Origin: Octopus sinensis
Lineage: Eukaryota
Assembly: GCF_006345805.1 (NCBI RefSeq)
Contig: NC_043012.1
Span: forward strand, 46,934,001 to 46,998,000
Reading direction: 5' to 3'
Length of the DNA: 64,000 nt
In this document: positions 12,572 to 25,760 of the stretch, piece after piece
Numbering within the stretch: position 1 is the stretch's first letter
Layout: each line of letters opens with the position of its first letter
The notes under the pieces: model-generated
Told to the model about the DNA's origin: nothing
What the model saw: the letters and a program-made list of their open reading frames with translations, nothing else
The model's database searches: none
Made by a program: the position numbers and the translations under genes

Positions 12572-13629
12572 AATATATTTAAAAATATATTAAAACTATG
12601 TAACTATGTAAAGTGTGTGCATTTTCCTTCTTATATTTCATATATATATATATTTCATATACATATATGTATATGTATATAAATGTGTATGTGTGTATGT
12701 ATGCATGTATGCATATACGTATGCACGTATGTACGTATGTATGCATGTATGTATGTATTCATATATAATTCAACATAATTATTCTCTTTAGTTTGTTGAT
12801 CAGTTTAAACCTGATGCACGCAGTATCATCGGAGTAACAATCGCAATATATAAGCGTGTTCAGTCTCCCCTATATAATCGAAGTTGATTGCGTTCTTATA
12901 TCTGGCTTTGATATCCTATTTACTGCTCAAAGACGGATAAGCTTTCAAGTACATGCTTTTATATCTCCGTCGCATTCTCATTCTCTCTGTTTCTCTCTCA
13001 CTCCCTTTTTAAATATACATACAACTATATATATTATAAGCATACGCACATATAACGCTGTGTTTGCATGGCGTATTTTGAGTTAAATAGTTTGTTATTA
13101 ACCTTATGAGAATATATTTCTTGTAAATAACACCGATACACATATATCATTTAAATGTTTGCTTGGAAACATAGATGTATTAATATCGCTCTACATATGT
13201 TTTTAACATTTCTTTTCATTTATGAAGGAGAAAATCAATAAATACGGAACACAAACAAATATATTAACACAAATATTGATAATTCCTATTAGTATGCAAT
13301 GAAAATTATTTACCGATTCATTAAATATGGAAAAAAAAGAAGAAAAAAGAGGATTTCCTCCTTCAAAGTGTGATTGAAAACTCTGTCATCTATTGGCATG
13401 ATTTATCATTTGGGAATTTGCATCAGGTGATTTTTTTGAAATCCCCAAATTATCATTCGAGTCTTTCTGCAGCGGTGCACAAGCTGAAGGTAAATATACG
13501 AATTTGTTAATCAAAGATATGAGTTTTATTACACTATTGCCGCGTTTGCCTCGTCAATTCCATTACCATTCGTAATAAGATTATCGACATTATAATCAGA
13601 ATCATCCTCATAATCGCAATCTTCTACAT

Positions 13630-13750
13630 CCACACCGTTGTTGTCATCGCTGTCGTCGTTGTCGTTATTGTCATCATCGTCGTCGTCGTCATCATCATCA
13701 TCATCATCATTGTCATCATCATTGTCATCGTCGTCGTCGTCGTCATCAGC
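13630..13750. repeat. (TCA/TCG)n trinucleotide microsatellite
   Basis: Direct reading; yields poly-Asp/poly-Ser ORFs. Confidence 0.9.
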
Positions 13751-14405
13751 ATCTCTAGCACCGGGATACATGACATCCCGTTTCCCCACCCTTATTCTTT
13801 GCTGCTTCTTTACTCCCTCTTCTACCTCCACGGCATCCTCCTCTGTATCATCATCAAGAGCATATATATTTAAATAAATATTTCATTTTTTAAAACAACA
13901 GTGACTTCGTTTCCATGTCAACGCCAAAATAACTACCATTCATACTGCCAGAAAAATATGAGATCAATCAGCCACCAAGATAGCCATGACGCAGTTTCTA
14001 ACGGCAAAAACCCACTGAATATAAGTGCTTAATCAACAATGCTCTTATCAATCCGCGATGCGGATGATTTGTTAAATCCTTTATAAACATGGCTACGATC
14101 ATGATGGAAGTGATCACGTGGTCGCAGTCGATTCCGTCATTACTAACACCTCAGTCTTATTTACCTCTGCTATCAAGAACATCAAGAACACTCACTCAAG
14201 CACACGCATACACACCAGAACACATACACACATAAATACACACGCATGCACACACACAAACACACACACACACAAACACACACATGCTGCAAAATGTTCA
14301 TTGTTTTATAAGCAATGTCTTGATAAACGAGCAGCTGCCGTGTTCTTCGCAGGTCAGGCCGTTAGTCAATGTTTTATTTGAACATTTTAACTCTTTCACC
14401 CACAG

Positions 14406-14452
14406 GAAACACAAAGAGAAAGGTGAAAATAGCACATCTGATCCTCTGAACA
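14406..14452 (+). other. Candidate 47-nt internal exon (xKHKEKGENSTSDPLN)
   Basis: Acceptor TTTTAACTCTTTCACCCACAG, donor GTAAGT, one open frame; no homology recognised. Confidence 0.25.
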
Positions 14453-14686
14453 GTAAGTAGGTGATGTAGCAGTTCAAGTGGTATTTCTAGAGTCATTCTC
14501 TTTCAGTGCCTTATTATTTAAAACACTCACCAGTTCGTTTTCCACTTATTTACTGATATATATATTTTTTCTAACATTTTCTTTGCGTCTTGCAACCTTT
14601 TCAATAGTCGTAGACTCTGTCCGTTATCGGAGCTGAGTTCTTTTTGTTTGTTTGTGCGCCAGTGTGCACATGTATGTGTGTGTGTG

Positions 14687-14729
<43 letters not shown>

Positions 14730-15260
14730 AATAAGCAACAAGTATGACTCCGGTAATTTGGTACGATCTTTTCGTATTACATCATTTTATTAAATGTTGT
14801 AAGTATTACAACAGTTTTAAAATGCTGAGCACTCATCAGACAATTATAGAGGTTTTCCATTAATACAAAAAAATTTCATATCAAGTGGCAACATTATAGA
14901 GGAGGTAGATACATAGACAAAGATGTGGATTTAAATTTTAAGAACATTTGAGGTAGTGGAGTTCTATCAACTGACTGACTAAGATTCAGTTGTTTCAGAC
15001 TACTGTAAGGTTCTGAGAGGGAAGAACAAATGAAAAGAGACAATAAAGATTATCTAATTATAGAAATGGGGTAAAGGGGATGTCATAGCTCCATATAAGG
15101 AATTTATGTAGAAGACTTATGTATAAGGAATTTATGTCACAACTAAATGCCAACTACTACTATTTTTTGATGGACATATTTAGCATTAGGAGAACTAGGT
15201 CAAAGTCAAATGGTCACAATAACATTCACAGAGAATGCAGAGACCTTACAAACCCTATGC

Positions 15261-15367
<107 letters not shown>

Positions 15368-15439
15368 GTTTGTATATATGTATGGGTTCTGCATATTCAA
15401 GTTTTTGTTCATGTCTGCGTGTTTGTATGTGCGTGTGTG

Positions 15440-15771
15440 TGTTTGCTTGTAGGTAGGGAGGCACACTAAATCCCTGTTCCTAATTCGCTGTTTCAGTTTT
15501 TGTAGGCCTTTGGCAACAGGTGAACTGAGCTGGTGGGTCTCCCCCCTCATTATTTCTTTTAGTGGTTTTGTTGTATCGATCTAAGTTGTGTCGGAGTCTA
15601 TTTCTAGCTAAGGAAATATTTGCCTCTGTCTCACTGTCAGTCTGTAGTGGGATACATACCCTTTTGTTGTAGGGTAAGTCTGTGGGTAGATCCTCGTCAT
15701 GTCGTATGTTTTGTTGTTGGGGTTATGGAAGACAGGGTTGTAGGGTGATACTGGTGTTACTATCGTTATGG

Positions 15772-15803
<32 letters not shown>

Positions 15804-16520
15804 TTAGTGCTTCTGTTGCGTTCATTGTTGTTTTTATTGATGTGAGTGGTGTTGATGTTGGTGTAGATGATGTGGTTGGTATTGCCGTCTGTGTGTGAGG
15901 TGTTGCGGTTATTGTTGTCATTGTTGCTGATATTATCATCATTGTTGTTGTTATTATTGTTCTTGTTTTGGTTTCGTATGTTTGTGTTGTTGTATTGCCC
16001 TAACATCCATCTTATTTTTAAGAAAGTTTTTTTTCAAATCTCAGATAATTAATTTTTCTGACCTTATATGTAGCAAATTTCGCTGGTAACTGTATTGCAC
16101 CGAATATTCCAGAGGTGTAATTGTTGTTGTTGCTTGTGGTGGTGGTGGTATTGTCTTTCTCGTGTCCCAGCGCCGAAGTCCTCTAGTAGTTTACATTCCG
16201 CCATAACGATCTCGTCGATATCGTTTGGGTTACTGTGTTGATCCTTACCATGTTCAGATCGTTGTTGTTGCTGTTTCATCCATCTGAGTCTGTTGTTAAA
16301 GTGTTTGTTACAGGCATGGTTTACTCGATGGTATTCTTGCTGGATGTCTCTTTCGCTTCTGTGTATATTTTCTTTTTGATGTTTTGTAACATCGTGTGTT
16401 TTAGTTTTCTTGCTTGGTGTTTTGTGAGCTTTAGCCGCTTGACAGGCGAATTAACATATGTCGTGTATAGCTTGGTGGAGATGCATGTTTTCGTGAAGTG
16501 GAAGTATCTTGATTTTTAAA
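15440..16520 (-). mobile_element. Penelope-like N-terminal/pre-RT relic
   Basis: Fragments LPTDLPYNKRVCIP..EANISLARNRLRH and KGLQKLKQRIRNRDLVCLPT, the latter resembling the segment before the PLE DKSG motif; interrupted by (TTG)n and (GTG)n runs. Confidence 0.5.
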
Positions 16521-16662
16521 CAGCAGAACACTATATATATATATATATATATATATCCACTTAACAATCTTTATAATATATGTGTACAGAGAGAGGGGGT
16601 GGATAGGTAGATAAATAGATTGATGAATAGAGGGATAGATGGATAGATAGATAGATAGAGAG

Positions 16663-16699
<37 letters not shown>

Positions 16700-18699
16700 A
16701 ATAGATAAATCAATACATAGGTTGATAGACAGATTAGATAGATAGAATGATGGATAGAAAAATTCATAGATAGATTAATAGATCGATAGTTAGGTAGATT
16801 GAAACATACATACATATTGTTTTAAGAACAATGGATTGCAATATCAATGAAGCCTTGATTCTTCGTTGCCAACAAACCGACTCCAGCACAATTTTAGAAA
16901 TTATTTTTACTTCTTTCATTCTCGTCTCCCTAAACAATACGTTTGACACCATTTGCTGAATCGCTTGGTTACTGGGACATGAAATAGAAACACCGGCGAC
17001 GAAGGATCGAAAAGAAGCACTAATACTCCCCGACAAACACTCACACTCATAAAGCAAGAAATGTTAATAATTGATTTGTAATTATAAAAGAAATGGCCGA
17101 AAGTATACTAAATATATTCTATCGCTAGCACTGTAATTGTCGTTTAACCTCCTATCAATCTTTTTTTTTCCAAAGACTTACGACATTCAGTACAGTAACA
17201 GTTAACTGATATTTTATCTTTTCATTCAATGATACGATGCGATCTGATTAGATTTTGTTGCTGAGTTTATCAGATCAAGTGATCAGTTAAAGACACAACT
17301 ACTGGGATGATAGTGTGCTGGAGAAATAAGTGGATTGCAATAGAGAAATAGACGAGAACTGGTTGAAAGGAACCAGACAAAATAGAGGAGTGGAGTAAAA
17401 ATACAGAGAGATAACCACATATGCGATACATAGAAACAAGAGGAAAGGTGCGAAAATGACGGGAAGAGTGTGAAATTATTGATCTTATTACACAGTATTT
17501 CCTAGAACAAAACATTCAGTAGCGAAAAATGAAAAAAAAAAAAAAAACTAATGAAACAAACATGACAAAATCAGAGGAGAAAAGTCCACTAGTAAAATAT
17601 AGATGGAGAATGGTGTTTGATAGACATGATGTCACTTACCAATAGCGTTGCTCTAACAAAAATTAGTTAGCTTCGCATTTTGGTTTCACACATCCCACAC
17701 AAAGTAATCATCAGTTTGAAATATTTATGGCATATTGGCGTAATGCTTGTAAAAGTGTTGGTGCCGATGTTAGACACAGCAATTTAGAGTTGGTCTAGGT
17801 GGAGAGATTATACTGGCGAGGTTTGATGATGATGTCAGTCTTTTAAAGGTGATGGTGATTGTTCTGCTAAACCGGTGGCTGATAATGAGTTAACTGGTGG
17901 CAAAGCCAGACAAATGCAATCAATTTTCAAATATGTGTCGAACCTAGACAGATAATGATACATGTATACATACAAACCTATATGCAAACACGTACGCGCA
18001 TACACATACATACTTCACACACAAACCTGCTAACACAGATGTATACGCATGTATACACATGCTCATACAAATATATCTCCGTTTACGTGTCTAAATGTGT
18101 GTTTGAGTGTGTCTCTTTAAATATATAATGTGTTCTCCTTATATGGATACAAGTAAAGGGGACAAAAATAGAAAATACTATGACGTATATGTGTGTGTTT
18201 GGGTGTTTGTGTATGCATATGTCTGTATGCATATGTATGTATAAATGAACATAAATAGCGCGCGAGCCAACACCTTTGCAACGATAATTGTTTCGCATGA
18301 AGTTATTTATCATTAATGTAAAGTATAACAGATATTCACAAAACTGTGTCAGGTGTAATGTTGATCTAGTAATTTACTTGAAACTAGATATGTGCTATGC
18401 ACTGTGGAATGTGTCGAGTATTATGTAGATAAGCATTAATGTTACATTGCTTAAGATAGAATTCAGTAGTGTATGGGTCGTTGGGATCTTCGTGACTGTT
18501 AAATCATCAGTTCTACATGCAAAGTAAATTATTTCTGTAGAATACCAAGGTTTAGTAGCCATAAATTTTATACTCATATATAGATTCATATGATGCGCTG
18601 AAATAATTCAGTCACTTCGAAATAGATAGGAGTGGCCATCAAAATTTATGAGCCAACAAGTATAAGTATTCTTATGAATACGCATACAGGAATAAAAAT

Positions 18700-18712
18700 A
18701 TATGTATGTATA

Positions 18713-18804
<92 letters not shown>

Positions 18805-18840
18805 CATATATATGTATATATGTATATATATACATACATG

Positions 18841-18878
<38 letters not shown>

Positions 18879-18949
18879 TATATGTGTATATATGTATATG
18901 TATATATAAATACACACACATATATATATATGTATATATGTATATATAT

Positions 18950-19018
<69 letters not shown>

Positions 19019-19105
19019 CATGCATATATATATATATACATACATGCATACATACATACATACGTACATACATACATACATACATACATACATAAACACA
19101 TATAT
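18700..19105. repeat. ~400-bp compound (TA)n/(CA)n/(CATA)n microsatellite
   Basis: Direct reading; source of seven spurious Y/I-rich ORFs. Confidence 0.95.
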
Positions 19106-19719
19106 ACGAAAACTTACATGTCTACGCAGCTTTGCCTACTGTTGCCCACTGTTTTCTCCTGTTGTCCCCTGTCGGACTCCCAGACGCAACGTTTCTAGCT
19201 CCTTAGCCTTCCTCAATGGGAAATACTGAAGAGAGTTAGGTCTGAGCAGATTTAAAATCGAAGTTAACACAAAGTTTACAACTGAGATGTGCTGATTGAC
19301 CGCCAGACAGGAAGAAAGTCAGCAATATCAGTGCCAAGCAGTGTTTAGTTGAAATATGTTTGTGACATATGTCAACTTCTGAAGGCAAATTCACTTGAGT
19401 TACCGTGGAGAAAAAAATTCTACCTTACACATATACATGCGCGCGCATATGTTTATATAAATATTGACAGATAGAGAGAGAAAGTGGCGGAGAAATAGAG
19501 AGAGTGAGAGAGAGATATGAATAAACTCAGGAAGACATCTAGAAATCACTCAGTGTTAAACGAACTTAGTTATTTATATGAAACAGATATAAATAAATTC
19601 AAGTAGAGTTGTTTTGTGATGACTTCGACACCTGACGTGTGGTACACCGTGCATCTGGTCAGGCAACGTCGATTTAATGGAGTGAATGTAGAAAGCCTGA
19701 AATTTTTAGTGGGGGAGGG

Positions 19720-19865
19720 GGGAACTAGTCGATAACATTGCTCCCCCACCGTGCCCGAACGGTACTTATAATATCAACGCCGGAAGGATAAAAAGCGAAT
19801 TCAACCTCGGCTGAATTTGAACGTAGAACGTAGACAGACGAAATAACGCTAAGCTTTTCACCGTG
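19720..19865 (-). mobile_element. SINE family B, diverged copy
   Basis: Similar to 47665-48250 units (GGTACTTAT..ATC..C..GAAGGAT.AAA.GC.AA.TC.ACCTCGGC.GAATTTGAAC). Confidence 0.6.
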
Positions 19866-20511
19866 CCTACAAATAATGAAAGCAATAACAATTACAAAAT
19901 GTTCGTAAAATTTCGGCAACTGTAAAAACCTCAGCTATAGTGTACGCATGAAAGTGACGAGTGTTTTAGGTTTCATTACATTTGTATGTCTCACTGTGCT
20001 CAGTTTGATCCAGCACTGGTATAAATATATTAATGTTATAAGGCTTTCCGGCTACTATGCTTTCCAACTTCATTTTTCTTTAATGTAAAGATGTCCTATC
20101 GCATTTTTACGCTGGAGTCATAAAACTGGGGACATTAGAGGTCATAAAACAGGAAACATTATTAATTAACACTATAAAATTGTGCAGACAGTTATATCAA
20201 AAATAAAAATAACGTACAAAGTAACCAGATGTCTAGTTTTAGAACTTAAAACGTTAATTTAATGATACTTGCAGCCGACGGAAATTTTCAGTCTGACAAT
20301 CCTCAATTATATGCATTTATTTCCTTAAAAATGTAAAGCGAACGTATAAAATGGCATTATATATTTCATTCTACCTCACACACGCACACACGCACGCGCG
20401 AACGCGTGCACTTGAACACGCAGAGTCATGTATAAACATACACCTTATTATCTATTTATCCTATATTGTGTGTTTGTAGGCGAGTGTGTACAGGCGCGGT
20501 GTATTATATTT

Positions 20512-20899
20512 TCTTTTACTTCCTTTACTTGCTTCAGTCATTTCACTTGTTTCAGTCATTCCTGGGACACTGCCTTTAGTCAAAGAAATCGACTCCAAGA
20601 CTTATTCTTTGTGAGCCTAGTACTTATTGTATCGGTCACTTTATCGAACCGCTAAGTTACGGAGACGTAAGCGCCAACATGAGTTGTCAATCGATGGTGG
20701 GGGCTCAAACACAGACACACAAATATACCCCCTCCACACATATACGACGGCGAATGGCTTTTTTCAGTATCTGTCTACCAGATCGACTCACAAGGTATTG
20801 GTCAGTCCATAGCTGTAGTAGAAGACCAAGATGCTACGCATTGGGATTGAACCCGAATCCATGTGGTGGGTAAATAAGCTTCTTACCACATAGCCACTG
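20512..20899 (-). mobile_element. SINE family A copy
   Basis: Colinear with 21944-22359 and with the reverse complement of 46906-47322. Confidence 0.8.
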
Positions 20900-20949
20900 T
20901 GTATAGAAATTTTCTTTACAAACTTGACAGCAGGCCATCAATCTTTAAG

Positions 20950-21110
20950 GAATAAGGCGAGTCGATCACATTACCCCCCAGCACGTTAAAGGTATGTTAT
21001 TTTATCGTCCTCAAATGACGGAAGGGCAAAGTTGATCAAGAAAAAAGATTTGAGCTCTGAAAGTAAGGAGTCGACAAAAATGCTTCAAAGTATTTCGTCC
21101 AATGCTCTAA
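20950..21110 (-). mobile_element. SINE family B, highly diverged
   Basis: Patchy similarity to family B core and head. Confidence 0.4.
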
Positions 21111-21528
21111 ACATTATTAAAGAGTTCCGGCATTATGTGTACAGAAATATACACTTAGTTGTTGTATTTAGGAATGGTCATTTTGCCAGTTTAGCCAATA
21201 AAAAAAAACTATATATTTGGTGTAACTTTGCTTCAACGTTATTTATTTTTTTACATTAATCTTAATCTTATTTCGGCCAGAGTTCTTTCGTCACACTCCT
21301 GTGACCGCATCAGTGGTCCTTTGCTTTCTTCTTTCTTATTTGTGTGTCTCTCCTTACTAACAGTCAGCCATTTTGTATTTTGTATTTCTATTGTATGTGT
21401 CTTCATTTGCGCATGCGTATATCTCTATGTGCGCCTATGTTTAGTTAGTGTGTATGTGGGGGGAAGTGCCTGTAATATTTGTATCTCCTGTTTATATACG
21501 TTCGTGTAATTTGTTTTTATTTTTGTAC

Positions 21529-21646
21529 CGGGTTTGTCCCACCGTTTGAAACCTTGGGCTAGTGTCTTCTACTATGACCTCGGGTCGACTAATTCCTTGT
21601 GAATAGATTTGGCAGGCGGAAAGTGAAAGTAGCCAGTCGTATATAC

Positions 21647-21711
<65 letters not shown>

Positions 21712-21932
21712 TGGGTTTATGTCAGTGTTTGTCCTCCCGCTATCACTTGATCACCAATGCTGGTGTATTTACGTACCTGTAACTTAGCGGTTCACTAAAA
21801 GTGTCCGATGGAAGAAGTACTAGGCTTACAAAGAATAAATCATGAAACCGATTTCTTCAACTAAAACTCTTTAAGGTGGTGCTCAACTATGGCCACAATC
21901 ACATGACTGAAATAAGTAAAAGAATAAAAGTA
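21529..21932 (+). mobile_element. SINE family A copy, 5'-eroded
   Basis: ACCTTGGGCTAGTGTCTTCTACTAT..., central (TA)(GT)n, tail ...GACTGAAATAAGTAAAAGAATAAAAG. Confidence 0.8.
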
Positions 21933-21943
21933 CATATATATAT

Positions 21944-22141
21944 ATTCTTTTACTTGTCTCGGTCATTTGACTGCGGCCATGCTGGAGCACCGCCTTTAGT
22001 CGAGCAAATCAACCCCGGGACTTATTCATTGTAAGCCCAGTACTTATTCTAACGGTCTCTTTTGCCGAACCGCTAAGTGACGGGAACGTAAACACACCAG
22101 CATCGGTTGTCAAGCAATGCTAGGGGGACAAACACAGACAT

Positions 22142-22203
<62 letters not shown>

Positions 22204-22359
22204 GACAGGCTTCTTTCAGTTTCCGTCTACCAAATCCACTCACAAGGCATTGGTCGGCCCGGGGCTATAGCAGAAGACACTTGCCCAAGATGCCACGCAG
22301 TGGGACTGAACCCGGAACCATGTGTTTGGTTAGCAAGCTACTTACCACACAGCCACTCC
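21944..22359 (-). mobile_element. SINE family A copy, near full length
   Basis: High similarity to the reverse complement of 46906-47322. Confidence 0.9.
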
Positions 22360-23271
22360 AGATAGATATAGATACTACTTTCACATAGAAACAGACATAC
22401 CCAGATAGTTGCACAAATACATACATAAGTCAATAATAAAAATTCCTTATTGAGCATTCTAATATGATTCTTATGTATGTCATGATATTAATGATTGAAC
22501 GTTCATGTTACTATTTGTGATTTTATAGCTTGCATAGTTGAACAACATATCATATCAAAGTAGGAGTATTTTTAGTTGTGCCGTGGCGACATATATTTCC
22601 GTGCCTACACTCTGTTATACGAAATGTTTAAATAAAATTTCAAAATTTAAACTGTTGAAATAATATCAAAAACGAAATGAACGAACAACGAAGAAAAAAG
22701 TTTATCTCACAGGTCTCTCTTTCACTCTCACCAAAATTAAGTGGTTGTTAATATAGGTTCTTTTAAATATAACCTTCAAACATAGAAGCTGCTTTGGTCT
22801 CTTGATGCGAAGGAAGTAAAAAATAATTAATAGAATAAGCAATTCAGCTGTGTAGGAGTGCATACATAACAACATAATACCAGCTGTTTTCATCTACACA
22901 TTCATACTTTCTTTAAGAAACTGCATCAATGTTTTCAACATCAAATCATTTACAGACCTTAAGAATTAGTAAGGAGATAAATCATCTTTCTTGGTGATAT
23001 TTATCTGTGTTTATCTAGCAGCGATGAACTTTCGTACCTTGACATCGATCAAATAGAATATTTTTTTTTTAACTTCTTTTAAGTCGGAAATAGCAAAATG
23101 GACAACTGTAATGCACTGCAACTTGCAGTTTCAGTACACACAAGCGCATATATACATACGTACGTACATACATACATATATATATAAGTAATATATATAT
23201 ATATATATATATATATATTACTTTATATATATATGTATGTATGTATGTACGTACGTATGTATATATGCGCT

Positions 23272-23325
<54 letters not shown>

Positions 23326-23406
23326 CATACATTCAAACCAAAATACATACATATATATATATATATAAGTATATATATGTATAAAACGATAATTTATTTT
23401 CTAACA

Positions 23407-23560
23407 CAGAAACGCCGTTAGAACAGCAGAAATATTGCGTAAATTACTCTTACAAAGCGGAACAATTTGTCAACAAGCAGCCATGGTTGTTTCTTGGCAA
23501 ATTCTTCCGCTTTCTAAGGGTAATTTACCCAATAATTCCGCCGTTCTAACGGCGTTTCTG
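23407..23560. repeat. 154-bp gap-free imperfect palindrome (foldback/MITE-like)
   Basis: Position i pairs with 46967-i. Manual count over 77 pairs: 66 Watson-Crick, 4 G-T, 7 mismatches. Outer 18 bp perfect (CAGAAACGCCGTTAGAAC); centre CCATGG. Confidence 0.9.
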
Positions 23561-24159
23561 AGTTTTCAAATAAATTATCATCTTATTTGTATCTTACAGT
23601 ACACCTTTGGACGCTTATGAAAACAAAACAAAACAAACAAATGTTTATCTCTCTCTATATATATACGTAGTTATATGCATGTAAATGCGTAAGCCAACAT
23701 CGGACTGTCCGACGATGGCTTAACTAGCCGGATCTTCGAATTCGCTGTCAGTAAGCATTCTTGTTAAAGAATGATAAATATCTACTCTACAAAATGTATT
23801 TAGTGATCCTTCAATTTAATGGAATATTGCTTTTATTATGGCATTAAAGAAACATTAAGGTTTATATATATATGCGAAGGTTCTGTTAAGCAGTGTCGAA
23901 GTTTTCAATTCTGTAAATAATAATAATAGTAATTTATAAGCTTAAAACTTATAAGCGATCGTTGCGGAATGTCTACAGAAAATGCTCTAATAATGGGGTA
24001 TATAAGCCCTCGACGGAAGAAAGTAGGTTTTTCTAGACATGACAGAAGTAAATAGACACGCCATAAAACATTGTTTTATGTTTATTCTGACTTGTAAAAG
24101 TTTATATATTTTTTGATTGGCATTTTTATGTTTCAGGTTCGATATGAGACTGTTTAATC

Positions 24160-25056
24160 ATGCTATGTACAAAAGAAGCTTTGGAACTGTCTGAATTACA
24201 AAATGATCGCATTGTAGGTAATTCTGAATGTCGACATAATCAACGAAAAATGACAGAAAACCTTGCAATCTTGCTTTCTACAGTTAATAAAGGTGATTGT
24301 GCAATTCATCAGAAAGGAGTTCACATCATCCTGCCTAGATCAACAGGCCCCTTCTCTTTGTTAAGAGAAGTTTGGAGGATAATCCTTGTTGCAAGGCCTC
24401 TGACATAGCAGACTAAGTTGATGTCAGTTCTAACAGCTGTCAGGTATCCCCCTAAACTTGGGCAGAGCAGCAAGAAAGAATCCCACTTCTTCGACCAACC
24501 AACATCAAGCGGGCGAAAGATGGGGGCAGTGAGATGGGGTAAAGCTCACTAGCATTTTGGGACAGAGGCCGAGTGTGGGTCTGGAGAGTCTGTGATCAAG
24601 AATGTGTTGTGAAAAGATAGCAGCCAACAATGAAACATGCCAGCTATTCTGTGATGGTCGGTGGAGGTTTCAATTTGGAGCAAGGATTCATAAGAGCTGG
24701 TGGAGTGTGAAGGAAACATAGACTCAGATAAATATGTGTCCATATTTCAGAAATGATCCCCTCGAATCTTCTCCAGTGGTGAAATGATTAAAGGAGACTA
24801 TACATGGAAAATGAGGCTCTTCTCACACTGCTAAAGTAACCCAAGATTTGTCGGATGAGGATGGCATTAAAAAGCTTCCATGGAGAGAACACATCAAAAA
24901 GAGAGCAATAAAGAATCTTCAAAGCAAGATGTTTTGAGATTATTGCATGAAACTTTGCAAGAACTTCCGCCAGAGAATATTCGTCATCTGATCGGTACCA
25001 TGCCTAATAGGGTCCTCGCGTTGAAAAATGCAAAGGGCTTGTCTACTATATATTAA
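24160..25056 (+). mobile_element. Old Tc1-family transposase relic
   Basis: Broken frames give TKE.LELSE.Q..RIVG, QPTMKHA..SVMV.G, HTAKVTQ...GIKKLPW and ..LKNAKGLST.Y*, all Tc1-like; many stops and frameshifts; TIRs not resolved. Confidence 0.75.
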
Positions 25057-25237
25057 ACATTCACATTATAACAATTGATATGTAGTTTGAATGTATAATT
25101 TCAGGTTTAAATAAATTTTAATGATTATAAAATTGTCTATTTACATCTGTCATGTGTGTGAGTGTGCGTGTATGTATATGTATATGTATGCATATATATA
25201 TAAATATACATATATATGTGCACATGTATTTCTATCT

Positions 25238-25315
<78 letters not shown>

Positions 25316-25369
25316 TATATATAATATATATATATATACACACACATACATATATACATGCTTCTTATT

Positions 25370-25760
25370 ACATTTGACTTGACTTGCTTCAGTCATTGGA
25401 CCATGTTGAAATGTTTATCGAAATAAGTCGATCGACATGTTATTTTTTTACTTCCTTCGCTTGAGAAAATCGAAGCAGCATCCATGTTTGAAGGCTATAT
25501 TTATGGAATAGCTACGTTACAGGCACGTACTAAAAGAACATATGTTACGAAGTGGTTGACGATAAACATGAAGATAGTATATATATACACATGTTATGTG
25601 GATTTTCACGCTGTTTTCGTCTAACAAATTTATTCACAAAGCATCGGTCGGCCAAGTGCTATTCAAGAAAATACTTGCTTACGTCAGTGGCACCAGATCT
25701 GAAATCGCATGGTTCTAAAGAAAACTATTTGACCACGCAGACATGCCTTCACCTATTTAC
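25370..25760 (-). mobile_element. Fragmented SINE family A relic
   Basis: Tail-like ACTTGCTTCAGTCATTGGACCATG at ~25385; TTCACAAAGCATCGGTCGGCC at ~25633; decayed head. Confidence 0.4.

Noticed and set aside
18608-19229. Long ORFs of 115-188 aa (and similar at 7.0, 15.2, 29.0, 38.5, 41.7, 50.8, 62.4 kb)
   Set aside because: Read-through of (TA)n/(CA)n repeats, which lack stops in several frames; composition is only Y/I/H/T/C/V/M.
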